A stretch of DNA of 64,000 bases. Source: Bacteroidota bacterium (GTDB lineage: Bacteria; Bacteroidota; Ignavibacteria; 0-14-0-80-59-12). Made by a program: the position numbers and the translations under genes. The stretch's first letter is position 1, and each line of letters begins with the position of its first letter. The notes beneath the pieces were generated by a model. It did not search any database, was not told the DNA's origin, and worked only from the letters and a program-made list of their open reading frames with translations. This document shows positions 1 to 9,112 of this stretch, one piece after another. The stretch spans positions 190,316 through 254,315 of the forward strand of contig JBMFJZ010000001.1 in NCBI GenBank assembly GCA_049973045.1. The letters are read 5' to 3'.

Positions 1-645
1 CATGACCGATCTCGAAATTTGATAGGCTTCCCGCCAATATTTTCGCATCGCCGTGTTAGCAGAATGCTTATGAAGTTTAATCGGATGCAAGAGCCCCCAA
101 AGATAAACATACTCGATCCGTTTGTTTTGAGCAGTATAGAACAAATTGATTATGGTCTCCACACCGTAACCGGAGTTCCTGATCTTTTCGGTTACTGGAA
201 GTATATCTTTCTTGAAGACAGCACGTTCTCCTGCGATTGATTTAAATGGATTCATTTTCTTGTCGAGAACATTTTCGGTCGGATGCCCGATCACCATATC
301 TGCTTTTCCATCCCACAGTGGACTTAACAAGAGTGGAACGTAACGCTCCTGAAAATTCAAGAGGTCAGCATCGACAAAGAGTAGAATTTCGCCTTGCGCT
401 TTCGTTATTCCTTCAGCCATAGCAAATCCTTTTCCTCTGTTATGAGGGAATTCGATAACTCGTACCCTGGGTTGATTTGTAAACTCTTTTAGGATTCCGC
501 TTGTACCATCTGTTGAACCATCATTGATGACGATAATTTCGTTCACTTCCTTTGCGGCGATCAATGCTTTCACAACTCCGGATAGCGTTTGTTCTTCATT
601 GAAAGCGCATACAATGGCGGATACTGAATAATTGCTGCTGGTCAC
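1..645 (-). CDS. Glycosyltransferase family 2 (partial; 3' end beyond window edge)
   Basis: Not in the ORF track because it runs off position 1. Manual minus-strand translation from GTG at 645 (RBS GGAG upstream) gives MTSSNYSVSAIVCAFNEEQTLSGVVKALIAAKEVNEIIVINDGSTDGTSGILKEF...VDADL, the classic GT2 signature; no stop before position 1. Confidence 0.8.
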   Translation of the reverse strand, partial: MTSSNYSVSAIVCAFNEEQTLSGVVKALIAAKEVNEIIVINDGSTDGTSGILKEFTNQPRVRVIEFPHNRGKGFAMAEGITKAQGEILLFVDADLLNFQERYVPLLLSPLWDGKADMVIGHPTENVLDKKMNPFKSIAGERAVFKKDILPVTEKIRNSGYGVETIINLFYTAQNKRIEYVYLWGLLHPIKLHKHSANTAMRKYWREAYQISRSVM

Positions 646-694
646 TCTTACTTCTCCTTCAATTTTGTGGAAGGTTCAGTTCATGCAAAGTTTA

Positions 695-2179
695 CTACTG
701 TCTTTCATCGGTCTGCCGATGTGTCCTGTGTTTTTCATCCTGGTGCTCCAGGTAGAGCTCCTCCCATATTGGATCAAGAAGTTCGGCAACCTTTTCATCA
801 TATTGAATCATTGCATTGTAGTATTCAGGATCGCGAAGGGCATCTTCAGCCGATGGGTATCCGGGTTTAGCGTTGGTTTTCAAGAATAGATCATGCGCCT
901 GTTCATGGTGGTCACGGATGAAGCAGGGTCGGATTTCGTTACCGCGACAATGCGGCTGCCGCATGTAGTTATATGATCGTTGCCAATTACGTATGCCGTT
1001 GAAAAGGTCGGAAAAGAGCGCATCGGTTAGCGTCTTGCCCTTAGCGTAGAGTTCATTGACATTATCTTTCCAGTAGGGGATAAACACACACGGATAGATA
1101 TTGCCATTCCAGTCGATGTAGAGATATCCGCCGGAGCGGCCGGCGGAAATGCAGCCGGAAGAAAAAGTCCCACCGTTCCAGAAATCGGCTACAAACCGGC
1201 GCTCTTTTCGAACCAGTTCCTGCTCCCGGTCCCACATTTGTCGCCGTGTAAGAGGAGGGACCTGCCACGAAACATCTACTCCACGACCAATCGGCATGTA
1301 CTGGAATATCCACTCATAGATTGCGCCCCGTTCGTCGAAATAGTACTTAACCATCTCTTCTGAGACCAGGAGCTCCGCATTTGCAGAAGTAGCGGTTACG
1401 GAGATACCAAAGGGCACACCTGCATTCTGCAGGTTTTCAAAAGCAGCTAAGATGCGCCTGAACGTACCCTTGCCGCGGCGCTCGTCAGTCTCTTTCTCAA
1501 AGCCTTCTACTGAGATGGCGGGCGTCATATTACCGACCTCGGCGAGTCGCTCCGCTGTCTTTTCATTAATGAATGTGCCATTGGTGTAAACAAGAAAATA
1601 TTGTTCTTGGTGGCGCTTTGCGATTTCGATGATGTCTATACCGTCATCACGCCACATAAACGGTTCTCCACCAGAAATGACGGTGAACCAGCTTCCCCAT
1701 TTTTCATATTTCTCTTGAAGTATCCGCTCAACCGTTGCCGTTGATAGATGGGGCAAGCCTTTTGGAAGGCTAGCAGCGTAACAGTCTTTACACTGTAAGT
1801 TGCATCTACCCTCAGGCGAAAGAGTCAAAAAACCAGGTGGCTCTATACCGTATTCGTCACGAAACCTACGGCGCGCTTCTTTCCCACTGCCAAATCCTAA
1901 GAACTCCCGCAGAAATAGATTGATCATTCTGTCTCGCACAGCGGGGGAGCCGCGGTCATATGCCTTTAGGGCGGCATGTATCACATTGGTTGCCATGTAA
2001 AACTTATCTTCCCGCTCGCGTCTTGGTCCGATCTCTATTGGGCTCCCTTGATCAACCATGAATTTGCATGCCACCTTCTCTATAGGTGGCAAAGCTATCT
2101 TTGAAATTGCGTGCAGACTAAGCAGACGCAAAGTCTGTTTAGTTATGAAGTAAATAGCGTCCTTTTCGTTCAGTTTCAT
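695..2179 (-). CDS. Radical SAM enzyme with ~110 aa N-terminal extension and Cys-rich (SPASM/twitch-like) C-terminal region
   Basis: 494 aa ORF; CxxxCxxC motif CNLQCKDC at residues 126-133 (nt ~1781-1804), followed by GGEP; further Cys at GCISAG..YPC and HCRGNEIRPC. ATG at 2179 preceded by GGAGGTG. Confidence 0.75.
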   Translation of the reverse strand: MKLNEKDAIYFITKQTLRLLSLHAISKIALPPIEKVACKFMVDQGSPIEIGPRREREDKFYMATNVIHAALKAYDRGSPAVRDRMINLFLREFLGFGSGKEARRRFRDEYGIEPPGFLTLSPEGRCNLQCKDCYAASLPKGLPHLSTATVERILQEKYEKWGSWFTVISGGEPFMWRDDGIDIIEIAKRHQEQYFLVYTNGTFINEKTAERLAEVGNMTPAISVEGFEKETDERRGKGTFRRILAAFENLQNAGVPFGISVTATSANAELLVSEEMVKYYFDERGAIYEWIFQYMPIGRGVDVSWQVPPLTRRQMWDREQELVRKERRFVADFWNGGTFSSGCISAGRSGGYLYIDWNGNIYPCVFIPYWKDNVNELYAKGKTLTDALFSDLFNGIRNWQRSYNYMRQPHCRGNEIRPCFIRDHHEQAHDLFLKTNAKPGYPSAEDALRDPEYYNAMIQYDEKVAELLDPIWEELYLEHQDEKHRTHRQTDERQ

Positions 2180-2284
2180 TTTACACCTCCGCGTTTTTCG
2201 AAATACGCCTTATGGCATCTTGGAATTCTTCAGTCTTCTTCTACATTTCGCGACGGTATCCAATGGATATTTTCTCAAAGATGC

Positions 2285-3043
2285 TCAATATTTCTCCAAA
2301 TTTCGTTCCGTGAAAAGATCATCAGAAAGATTGCTGTCAAATTTTATTTCGCTCAGGATCATCTTTGTGCTATGTTCGTCCTTGAGATCCTTCATCTCAG
2401 CTTCCTTTGACACCCAGTAGCTGCCGATTTTCTCAATGTTCTTTCTCTCCATGACCTTCCAGAGTTTTCCAGCCTTATCATAAAACTCGGTCTTCACGGG
2501 ATAGAAAATGTCCTTGCGCACCCAGATTTTTAGTTTGCCATAGTCCTTGCTTCTACCCTCTTTTGGCGTCAGCTCTAATACATAGTGCTCTGCAGTGGTT
2601 TGAACGAGCTTTGCGTTATAGTTATCTGAATACTTTAGTGTGCCTATATCGTCGTATGTAAAGTCCGTGCCTGCGAATTTTTGATTCTTCACATGTGAGG
2701 CAATCCGGCGTACTTTCTTGAACGCAGGCAAGTATATGTATTGCACATCGTTGGGCAGCCCAAGAAAACCGATACCTCGTTGGTCGGCTGGGGCAAGGAA
2801 ACGGACAAGTCTTTTATTGTCGCCTTTCTGCAGCATTCTGATACTTCTTTCCCTTTCGCTGCCTTTGCTATCAATAAGTATAAGCTTTGCCCTGAGATCC
2901 TGATCCTTTGGCGCATTGATTACCGATTCAAATTTTGTCAGGATTTCTTCAGCGCTTGGTTGCTGTGCAGTTAAAGGTTTAGAAATCAGTAAAGTTGCCG
3001 CAAACAAGGGGACAACAAACGTGAGGCCCTGATTGATTGTCAT
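2285..3043 (-). CDS. LolA-like outer-membrane lipoprotein-sorting family protein (secreted)
   Basis: 252 aa with N-terminal signal peptide; size and composition resemble LolA-like proteins that accompany MMPL/RND exporters. Family assignment from memory, not searched. Confidence 0.55.
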   Translation of the reverse strand: MTINQGLTFVVPLFAATLLISKPLTAQQPSAEEILTKFESVINAPKDQDLRAKLILIDSKGSERERSIRMLQKGDNKRLVRFLAPADQRGIGFLGLPNDVQYIYLPAFKKVRRIASHVKNQKFAGTDFTYDDIGTLKYSDNYNAKLVQTTAEHYVLELTPKEGRSKDYGKLKIWVRKDIFYPVKTEFYDKAGKLWKVMERKNIEKIGSYWVSKEAEMKDLKDEHSTKMILSEIKFDSNLSDDLFTERNLEKY

Positions 3044-3081
3044 ATCGATTCTCCTCGTATATTATGTTTGTGTGGGTTGAA

Positions 3082-3924
3082 TTATTGCTTAACATACTTG
3101 GGTGGATTCCATCCATTTCGATTCCACGATTTTAGTTCGATGTCAATTGTTCCAAGAATGACGTTCATTTTTGCTCGTATTGGAATTTGAGCAGTGTCGT
3201 TGCTGAACCAGCCTTTGAATGGGCCGGTCAAGCCAAAAATCCCCGTGAACTCTGCAGTTCCATCGAACTCGATTACGTCAATTGGGTATCTAACAGCAGC
3301 GATGTTGACGCTCGTGCGCTTATTGTAGAAGTTCAGATATGTGGTCCCCCGCGAGCCGTCAACCATGGTCGGTACGGCGATTAGCTTGCCACTTTTGACG
3401 TTAGCGCGTGCGAAATATAGAAGCGACAACCCGTCCTGCGTCTTACTTTGTATTCGAACAGTGTCAACTTGTTCGATTTGAGCATCGGTTTTAAAGGCGC
3501 TGTCGACGATCCCTTTCTTTATGAGCAAAATTCCTTCTTGTCTATCGAAGTCGTATTTAAGTATTCTCCAATGTTCTCCTTCCTTCTCCCACGCTATGAA
3601 CGACTGTGAAAAGCATTCTTTGTCCATTGTGGTTTCAAAAATGGAATGAAGGTTTACAAAGGGAATCCCTGAGTACGAGTCGATATATGCAATCGCAGTA
3701 TGCCGAGTGCTGTTCTCGATATTTTCTGAGCTAAGCATTTTAGTCCGGATTGTACCTATCTTGATGAACCACCAGCCGACTTCGTACGTGAGGTCTTCGC
3801 CTACCTGAAAGAAACCTGAGTCCTGGACCTTTATTGGTTTAATGAGCATCATGGAGATCAGCCCAAACACAATGCCGCAGAAATAGATGTATATCTGTGT
3901 AAGCTTTTGCTTTCTTTGTCTCAT
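3082..3924 (-). CDS. Hypothetical membrane-anchored protein
   Basis: 280 aa ORF with N-terminal hydrophobic helix (IYIYFCGIVFGLISMMLI); start overlaps the upstream MMPL stop by 4 nt, suggesting translational coupling. Confidence 0.5.
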   Translation of the reverse strand: MRQRKQKLTQIYIYFCGIVFGLISMMLIKPIKVQDSGFFQVGEDLTYEVGWWFIKIGTIRTKMLSSENIENSTRHTAIAYIDSYSGIPFVNLHSIFETTMDKECFSQSFIAWEKEGEHWRILKYDFDRQEGILLIKKGIVDSAFKTDAQIEQVDTVRIQSKTQDGLSLLYFARANVKSGKLIAVPTMVDGSRGTTYLNFYNKRTSVNIAAVRYPIDVIEFDGTAEFTGIFGLTGPFKGWFSNDTAQIPIRAKMNVILGTIDIELKSWNRNGWNPPKYVKQ

Positions 3925-6638
3925 TGCTTTGCTGTATCTGTTTTATTCTGACTCTTATTGGATGCAAAATTTCCTATGAACTTCGCTTTCGTGAATAGTA
4001 TCAAAGCTGGTAAGAAAGTAATAGCGCCAACACTGCTGGCGACCATTGTTATTGCGATAAGCATTCCGAATCGCTGCAGTGGGACAACTTCGGCAAGAAG
4101 AAGAGTAAGGAATCCCGCCATCACAGCAAGCGCATTGATGAGAATAGCTCTGCCAGTTGTCTCCAGGGTTTTCCTCAGCACGTGTGGAACTTTATTATCT
4201 TTTTCGCCGCCATCAGAGCCATATTGTGCAAATTCCTCTTTGAACCGGTTTGTAAAGTGAATCGAGTAGTCGATGCCGACACCAACAGCAATGCTTCCGA
4301 CCAGTGCTGTTGCAACGTCCAGGGGAATTCCTGCAAATCCCATAAGTCCGAAATTGATGATAAGAGTTAGCACGATGGGGGTAACGCTGATAAGCCCACC
4401 AACGACGGAACGAAGTTGGAATGAAAGGAAGATCAATACAAGCGCTATTGCGATAACAAGACTTTGAAATTGACTGCGCATGATGCTGCTGTCTAAGTGC
4501 TGATATATGAGCCCCATCCCTGTCTGGCGAAAAGAGAAGTGAAGACGTTCCGGATCGTCCGGATGCTCCTTACCAAGGGACAGTTGTTCGTAAACCCGGA
4601 CTGGTATAGCAACGTTTTGCTGCTGAAAATCAGCTATGGCATCTCGTACTCCGTTGAGGAAGGAGAGATCGTTCTGCAATTCACTTGGGAACAGAGGAAC
4701 AAGTTGAACAACGCTGTTCTCAATTTTTTCTGATGACTTGCTTCCCTCTTGCCCGTTGAATTCATACGCGGTTTGCATGAGAACATCCACCACTTCATTT
4801 TCATTGATAGCAGATTGTGGATATCTTTTCCTTGCTTCCCATTCTATGAGTCTTGCTGCTCTGTTCGCTTTATACTCCTGAAGAATTTTCCTATCGGCTT
4901 CTGATAATGAGTTGTTGGAACTGAGATTCATAACAATAAGGTCTGTATCCAGTGCGTTGATGTAGTTTTCAATTGCATCGATAACGAATCTGCCTCGTTT
5001 GGTATCCACTGTCCCTAAGGTCGCTTGAATAACTCCTTCAGTTTTGTCAACGTTTACAAGCTGGTTCATCATCTCTTCGCCTTCGAGAAAGAACCACAGG
5101 TTGGTCACCTTGTCTCTTGAATCAGGAATGGTCTTCTGATCGTTCATGACTTCATGCATTTCCGCAATGAGGCTGGATGCAGATTGAGCGTTATGAACGT
5201 CGCTTAACGACTCGAGAAATTTTCCCATACGCCACATCTCTTTCAGCACAAAAGGATTCTGCAAGTCGCCCTGAACAAAGATTGTAATTGGTATTGAACC
5301 TCCGAACTTCTTCTCCATAAACTCCTGGGCAGTCCGAATGCTGGCGCCTGGCTTAAAGTAATCCACCATGTTGACTCGTCTATCAATGCGCAGAATTCCA
5401 GGGGTGCTGATGATAATCAGAATAATCGTCCCGATAACAATAAGTCGTTCATACCTGAAAACGAACTTAGCAACTTGATCCATAAATTTTGCTACAAACG
5501 CTGCGTTCTCAATGAAGCCGGTTTGACGGTTCTTTTCATCATGTAGTAGTGACAGTACCGCAGGGACAAATGTTACAGAGATGATCAGGGCGAACAATAC
5601 TCCAAGTGCTGAAAAGAGCCCGAACTCGCGAATCATTGTGAGATATGAGCCAAAGATGAAAGATAAAAACCCCACCATTGTTGTTAGAGCAGCAAGCAAA
5701 ATAGGGATCGATACCTCACCCAATGATTTTGCAAGTTGGTCTGCATTACCATTGCCTGATCGCACATCCTCATCATATCTGCTGATCAAATGGATGGTAT
5801 ACGCACTTCCGACAGCAATGAGAATCACAGGAATAATATCCGAAATTACGGTTAATGGAATTCCCAAAATGCTCATGCTGCCGAGTACCCAAATCATGCT
5901 CATAAGCACGCTGAGTAGAGGCAGGGCTACACCGCGAAGGGTTCCAAAACTCAGGATAAGCGTGATGCCAACAAGAGCACTTACAATTGGAACCAGGGTC
6001 TTGAGATCTTTAAAAATAAGATCGGTGAGTTCGATCATTTGGAAAGGGATGCCACTGAAATACACTTTTTCCGATAACTTCGCCTGTTCCGTAATCTCCT
6101 TCAGTTCCCGGGCAACGGCTAACCTGTCCGCACTCTGTTTGATTCGACAAATAATCAGGGCCGCTTTCGCATCAGATGAAACGATTCGACCAACGTATAA
6201 GTCTTTTGAAAGGGCATATCTTCTTAGGTGATCCAGTTCTTCGGCAGTTTGCGGCAGATTGTTTTCATCTATCAGCTTACTAACTTCAAGTCCACCGTTG
6301 GTCTTCTTAATGTCAAGGATATTAGCTAGGCTTGTTACTTCTGTTACACCATCAACGAGTTTGAACTGTTCTGTAAGGCGATTGATGTCCTTTATAGTTT
6401 CACGAGTGAAAATATCGTCTGACTCAACGGCAATGAAAGCAAGTGAATTGCCTCCAAATTCTTCTCCGACTTTGTTGAATAATTGTACCACAGGATCATC
6501 CTTTGGCAGATAGCTCAGAATATCGCTGTTCACCTTCAGATTGGTCATTTGGTAGCCAAGCACCAATGACAAAAGGATGGTTACAACTACGATATGAATT
6601 CGGTTCGTAAGTACAGCAGCAAAGAATCTTTCGATCAT
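3921..6638 (-). CDS. MMPL/RND-superfamily exporter
   Basis: 905 aa with two blocks of multiple transmembrane helices separated by large soluble domains, typical MMPL (HpnN-like) architecture. Confidence 0.85.
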   Translation of the reverse strand: MIERFFAAVLTNRIHIVVVTILLSLVLGYQMTNLKVNSDILSYLPKDDPVVQLFNKVGEEFGGNSLAFIAVESDDIFTRETIKDINRLTEQFKLVDGVTEVTSLANILDIKKTNGGLEVSKLIDENNLPQTAEELDHLRRYALSKDLYVGRIVSSDAKAALIICRIKQSADRLAVARELKEITEQAKLSEKVYFSGIPFQMIELTDLIFKDLKTLVPIVSALVGITLILSFGTLRGVALPLLSVLMSMIWVLGSMSILGIPLTVISDIIPVILIAVGSAYTIHLISRYDEDVRSGNGNADQLAKSLGEVSIPILLAALTTMVGFLSFIFGSYLTMIREFGLFSALGVLFALIISVTFVPAVLSLLHDEKNRQTGFIENAAFVAKFMDQVAKFVFRYERLIVIGTIILIIISTPGILRIDRRVNMVDYFKPGASIRTAQEFMEKKFGGSIPITIFVQGDLQNPFVLKEMWRMGKFLESLSDVHNAQSASSLIAEMHEVMNDQKTIPDSRDKVTNLWFFLEGEEMMNQLVNVDKTEGVIQATLGTVDTKRGRFVIDAIENYINALDTDLIVMNLSSNNSLSEADRKILQEYKANRAARLIEWEARKRYPQSAINENEVVDVLMQTAYEFNGQEGSKSSEKIENSVVQLVPLFPSELQNDLSFLNGVRDAIADFQQQNVAIPVRVYEQLSLGKEHPDDPERLHFSFRQTGMGLIYQHLDSSIMRSQFQSLVIAIALVLIFLSFQLRSVVGGLISVTPIVLTLIINFGLMGFAGIPLDVATALVGSIAVGVGIDYSIHFTNRFKEEFAQYGSDGGEKDNKVPHVLRKTLETTGRAILINALAVMAGFLTLLLAEVVPLQRFGMLIAITMVASSVGAITFLPALILFTKAKFIGNFASNKSQNKTDTAKQ

Positions 6639-6691
6639 CTTAGGTTGCTTCGACTATATTAGTTTTTTGGTCGATTCTCCGAGAAAAAAAA

Positions 6692-7264
6692 TTACCTTGT
6701 CTCAATTCCTTTGAACAACACATCGATAAGTGAATTGACACTTTTTTCAATGTCAGATAAGGATGTTTCAACCGTCCACGGATATTCCAAGCCTTTCAAG
6801 GCTGTGACGATAGCAAATGCAGTCAGCCCAGCGTCTTCAACTGCAAAAACCTTTGATGCGATCCCTTCCTCTAAAATGCTTTTAACTAAGTTGAGTTCCT
6901 CCTGAAAGCTCTCTCGACGAGCCTTCTCAATGAACGGATAGTGTCTAAGATAATCATCTTTCAGCGCACTGTAATAATTCGCAAGCTCCTTTAGAAAGCG
7001 CATTCTCGTTAATACAAAGGCTCGAAATTTTTCTTGAGGCGTTTTCGCCTGCTGTATAGCTTCGTGAATCCTCTCTCGTAAGTATCGGGATTCTTTATCA
7101 ATTATCTCGGCAAAGATCTGTTCTTTGGTTTTGAAATAATGGTAAATCGTCCCCTTTCCAATATGCGCCAGCTTTGCAATCTCGTCTACGGTTGTCTTCT
7201 TTAGTCCAAACCGAGCGAAAAGATTTTGGGAGGTTTTAAGTATGAGTTCTTTAGTGTTTATCAT
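6692..7264 (-). CDS. TetR/AcrR family transcriptional regulator
   Basis: 190 aa; N-terminal HTH KKTTVDEIAKLAHIGKGTIYHYFKTKEQIF is the canonical TetR signature; sits at the head of the MMPL gene set. Confidence 0.85.
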   Translation of the reverse strand: MINTKELILKTSQNLFARFGLKKTTVDEIAKLAHIGKGTIYHYFKTKEQIFAEIIDKESRYLRERIHEAIQQAKTPQEKFRAFVLTRMRFLKELANYYSALKDDYLRHYPFIEKARRESFQEELNLVKSILEEGIASKVFAVEDAGLTAFAIVTALKGLEYPWTVETSLSDIEKSVNSLIDVLFKGIETR

Positions 7265-7745
7265 GACGCTTCTATATACGATGAATCGACTAAAATGGTT
7301 TCACGGTACAATGTAGCTAAAAGAGTTTAAATTGTCAAGAAAAAGTGTTGTGTCTACATTCAAAATCCATTTCCGAATTCATTTGTGGCAAGCGCAGTTA
7401 AATCTTCTGTGACTTGGCTTAAAGAGACGAAGCTTGGGGAGGCTCTTCGAGGTGTGAGATCATGTGTGGGCCGGCCTTGGCGCCGGAGGCGCCATGCTCT
7501 AAGCGGTTTTGCTAATTTGCTTCAAGTATCTGCTTATTCCGCGAGACCTTATCCGATTTTCCTTATTGCGTGCCTCCGATCTGGTAGGGAATTCTTCTAC
7601 GTGAACTAACACCCATGGTATCCCGCTACGAGTTGATTTATTCTCACCTGAGTTATGCTCACCCAGGCGATTCCATAAATCCTCAGTGCTCCCGACATAA
7701 TAGCTGCCTGTCCTGGAGCTTCTGATTATGTAGACATAGTGGATG

Positions 7746-7820
7746 TCGGGGCGGGCGGATTTGAACCGCCGACCTCACGGTCCCGAACCGTGCGCTCTAA
7801 CCAGACTGAGCCACGCCCCG
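7746..7820 (-). tRNA. tRNA-Pro (anticodon CGG)
   Basis: Minus-strand sequence CGGGGCGTGGCTCAGTCTGGTTAGAGCGCACGGTTCGGGACCGTGAGGTCGGCGGTTCAAATCCGCCCGCCCCGA folds as a cloverleaf: 7 bp acceptor, GGTTCAAAT T-loop, anticodon loop TTCGGGA. No encoded CCA. Confidence 0.85.
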
Positions 7821-7882
7821 AGTGTTGCTTTATAAGCAACGCTGAACGATATTTATTATACTCAAACTCGGAGAAAGAATCA

Positions 7883-8974
7883 ATGTTTCCGTTCTCGCTC
7901 CCGAGGCTGACGTTCCTCGCATTGCAATTTCTCATCCTCTATTGTTTCGTTGCCAACAATGTTCTTGCCCAAACCTTTCGCATTCTTCGACCCGTTCGTG
8001 ACAGGTGGGAGACAAATGGCAGTTACCTCTACGCTGAGCCGAATATCAGGGAGCCTAATCGCGGACATACAGGAATAGACGTTCTTGTTAAGTTTGATTC
8101 CGTATTCGCAGTCGATGATGGCATTATCAGAACGATCTCTTATGAAGAGGGGGGAGCAGGCTATTACATTTTCCAGGAATCTCGGTGGAACGGCCAGCCG
8201 GTCTGGTTCGGATACTTCCATCTCAGCAAGAACAATGTGAAACATGTCGGTGACTCGGTAAAAGCTGGGGAACTCATTGCAATCTCGGGAAACACCGGCT
8301 ATTCAACTGGACCCCATCTGCACTTTGAAATACGTATTGGAACACTGGACTATTCAGGTCCGGAAAATCGCCGCAATCCTGAATTATGGTTCGCAATGGA
8401 GGGGATGGGGGCAGTTTACGGGCATGTTCCGAATGCGGCAAATGCAACTCGCGTCGACATTTACCCTGACCCGAAGCCGCGACCTCCCTATACGACATAT
8501 TCCTATTCACTGACCTATACTTTTGATGGATTGATCGGAAGTGACGACATCTACAAGGAGAACTATGCTATTGGAGATGTCCAGCCGGGGACGTACATTA
8601 TCACAGCCCTGGGAGGATTGTATAGACGCCAAGTTCATGTAACTTCCCGCGCTGTGGTTGATGCTGATAGGACATCGAATGTCAAGGATGCTTCTCCTTT
8701 CAGCCCGAGCACTTTTTTCCTTGCACAGAACTACCCGAATCCGTTTAATAGTTCGACAAGAGTCGCATTCTATGTACCAAGAGAAGGTCTAATCGATCTC
8801 TTTGTTAATGACGTTCTTGGTAGGAGCATTCATCATTTGTGGAAGGGCGAAGCAGCAAAAGGATGGCATGAGGTTGAATTCGATGCCGTGGCTATGCCAA
8901 GTGGAGTTTATTTTATTGTTTTGTCGGTGCCGGGAGAATTTTTTCAGGTGCGAAAAGCTTTGCTGCTGAAGTAG
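7883..8974 (+). CDS. M23 family peptidase with T9SS C-terminal sorting domain
   Basis: LytM motifs HTGIDV and GNTGYSTGPHLHFEI; C-terminal LAQNYPNPFNSSTRVAF. Start moved to ATG 7883 (RBS GGAG) because the track ORF start at 7739 reads through the tRNA-Pro gene. Confidence 0.8.
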   Translation: MFPFSLPRLTFLALQFLILYCFVANNVLAQTFRILRPVRDRWETNGSYLYAEPNIREPNRGHTGIDVLVKFDSVFAVDDGIIRTISYEEGGAGYYIFQESRWNGQPVWFGYFHLSKNNVKHVGDSVKAGELIAISGNTGYSTGPHLHFEIRIGTLDYSGPENRRNPELWFAMEGMGAVYGHVPNAANATRVDIYPDPKPRPPYTTYSYSLTYTFDGLIGSDDIYKENYAIGDVQPGTYIITALGGLYRRQVHVTSRAVVDADRTSNVKDASPFSPSTFFLAQNYPNPFNSSTRVAFYVPREGLIDLFVNDVLGRSIHHLWKGEAAKGWHEVEFDAVAMPSGVYFIVLSVPGEFFQVRKALLLK

Positions 8975-9112
8975 TCCTTTTTCTTACTCTTGCTATCTTG
9001 TCTTTAGAAGAAGGTTATTCGAGCTGGAGGCTGGGGAGCTCTGATTGAGGCTTAGATTGAAACTCTCTAGTCTAATCGGTATCTTTTAATAGGGGAGAGT
9101 TGGCAGTGGGCT

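Noticed and set aside
19-240. 73 aa plus-strand ORF at the left edge
   Set aside because: It is antisense to the clearly conserved GT2 glycosyltransferase read on the minus strand.
5581-6231. 216 aa plus-strand ORF
   Set aside because: Antisense to the MMPL transporter gene; no motifs; shadow ORF.
7265-7745. Possible ncRNA in the 480 bp gap between the TetR gene and tRNA-Pro
   Set aside because: No recognisable conserved RNA motifs (RNase P, SRP, 6S) and only a weak GC-rich palindrome (ggcgccggaggcgcc); insufficient evidence, probably promoter/leader sequence.
7739-7882. N-terminal 48 codons of track ORF 7739-8974
   Set aside because: They are the antisense translation of tRNA-Pro (7746-7820); the real start is ATG 7883 with an RBS.
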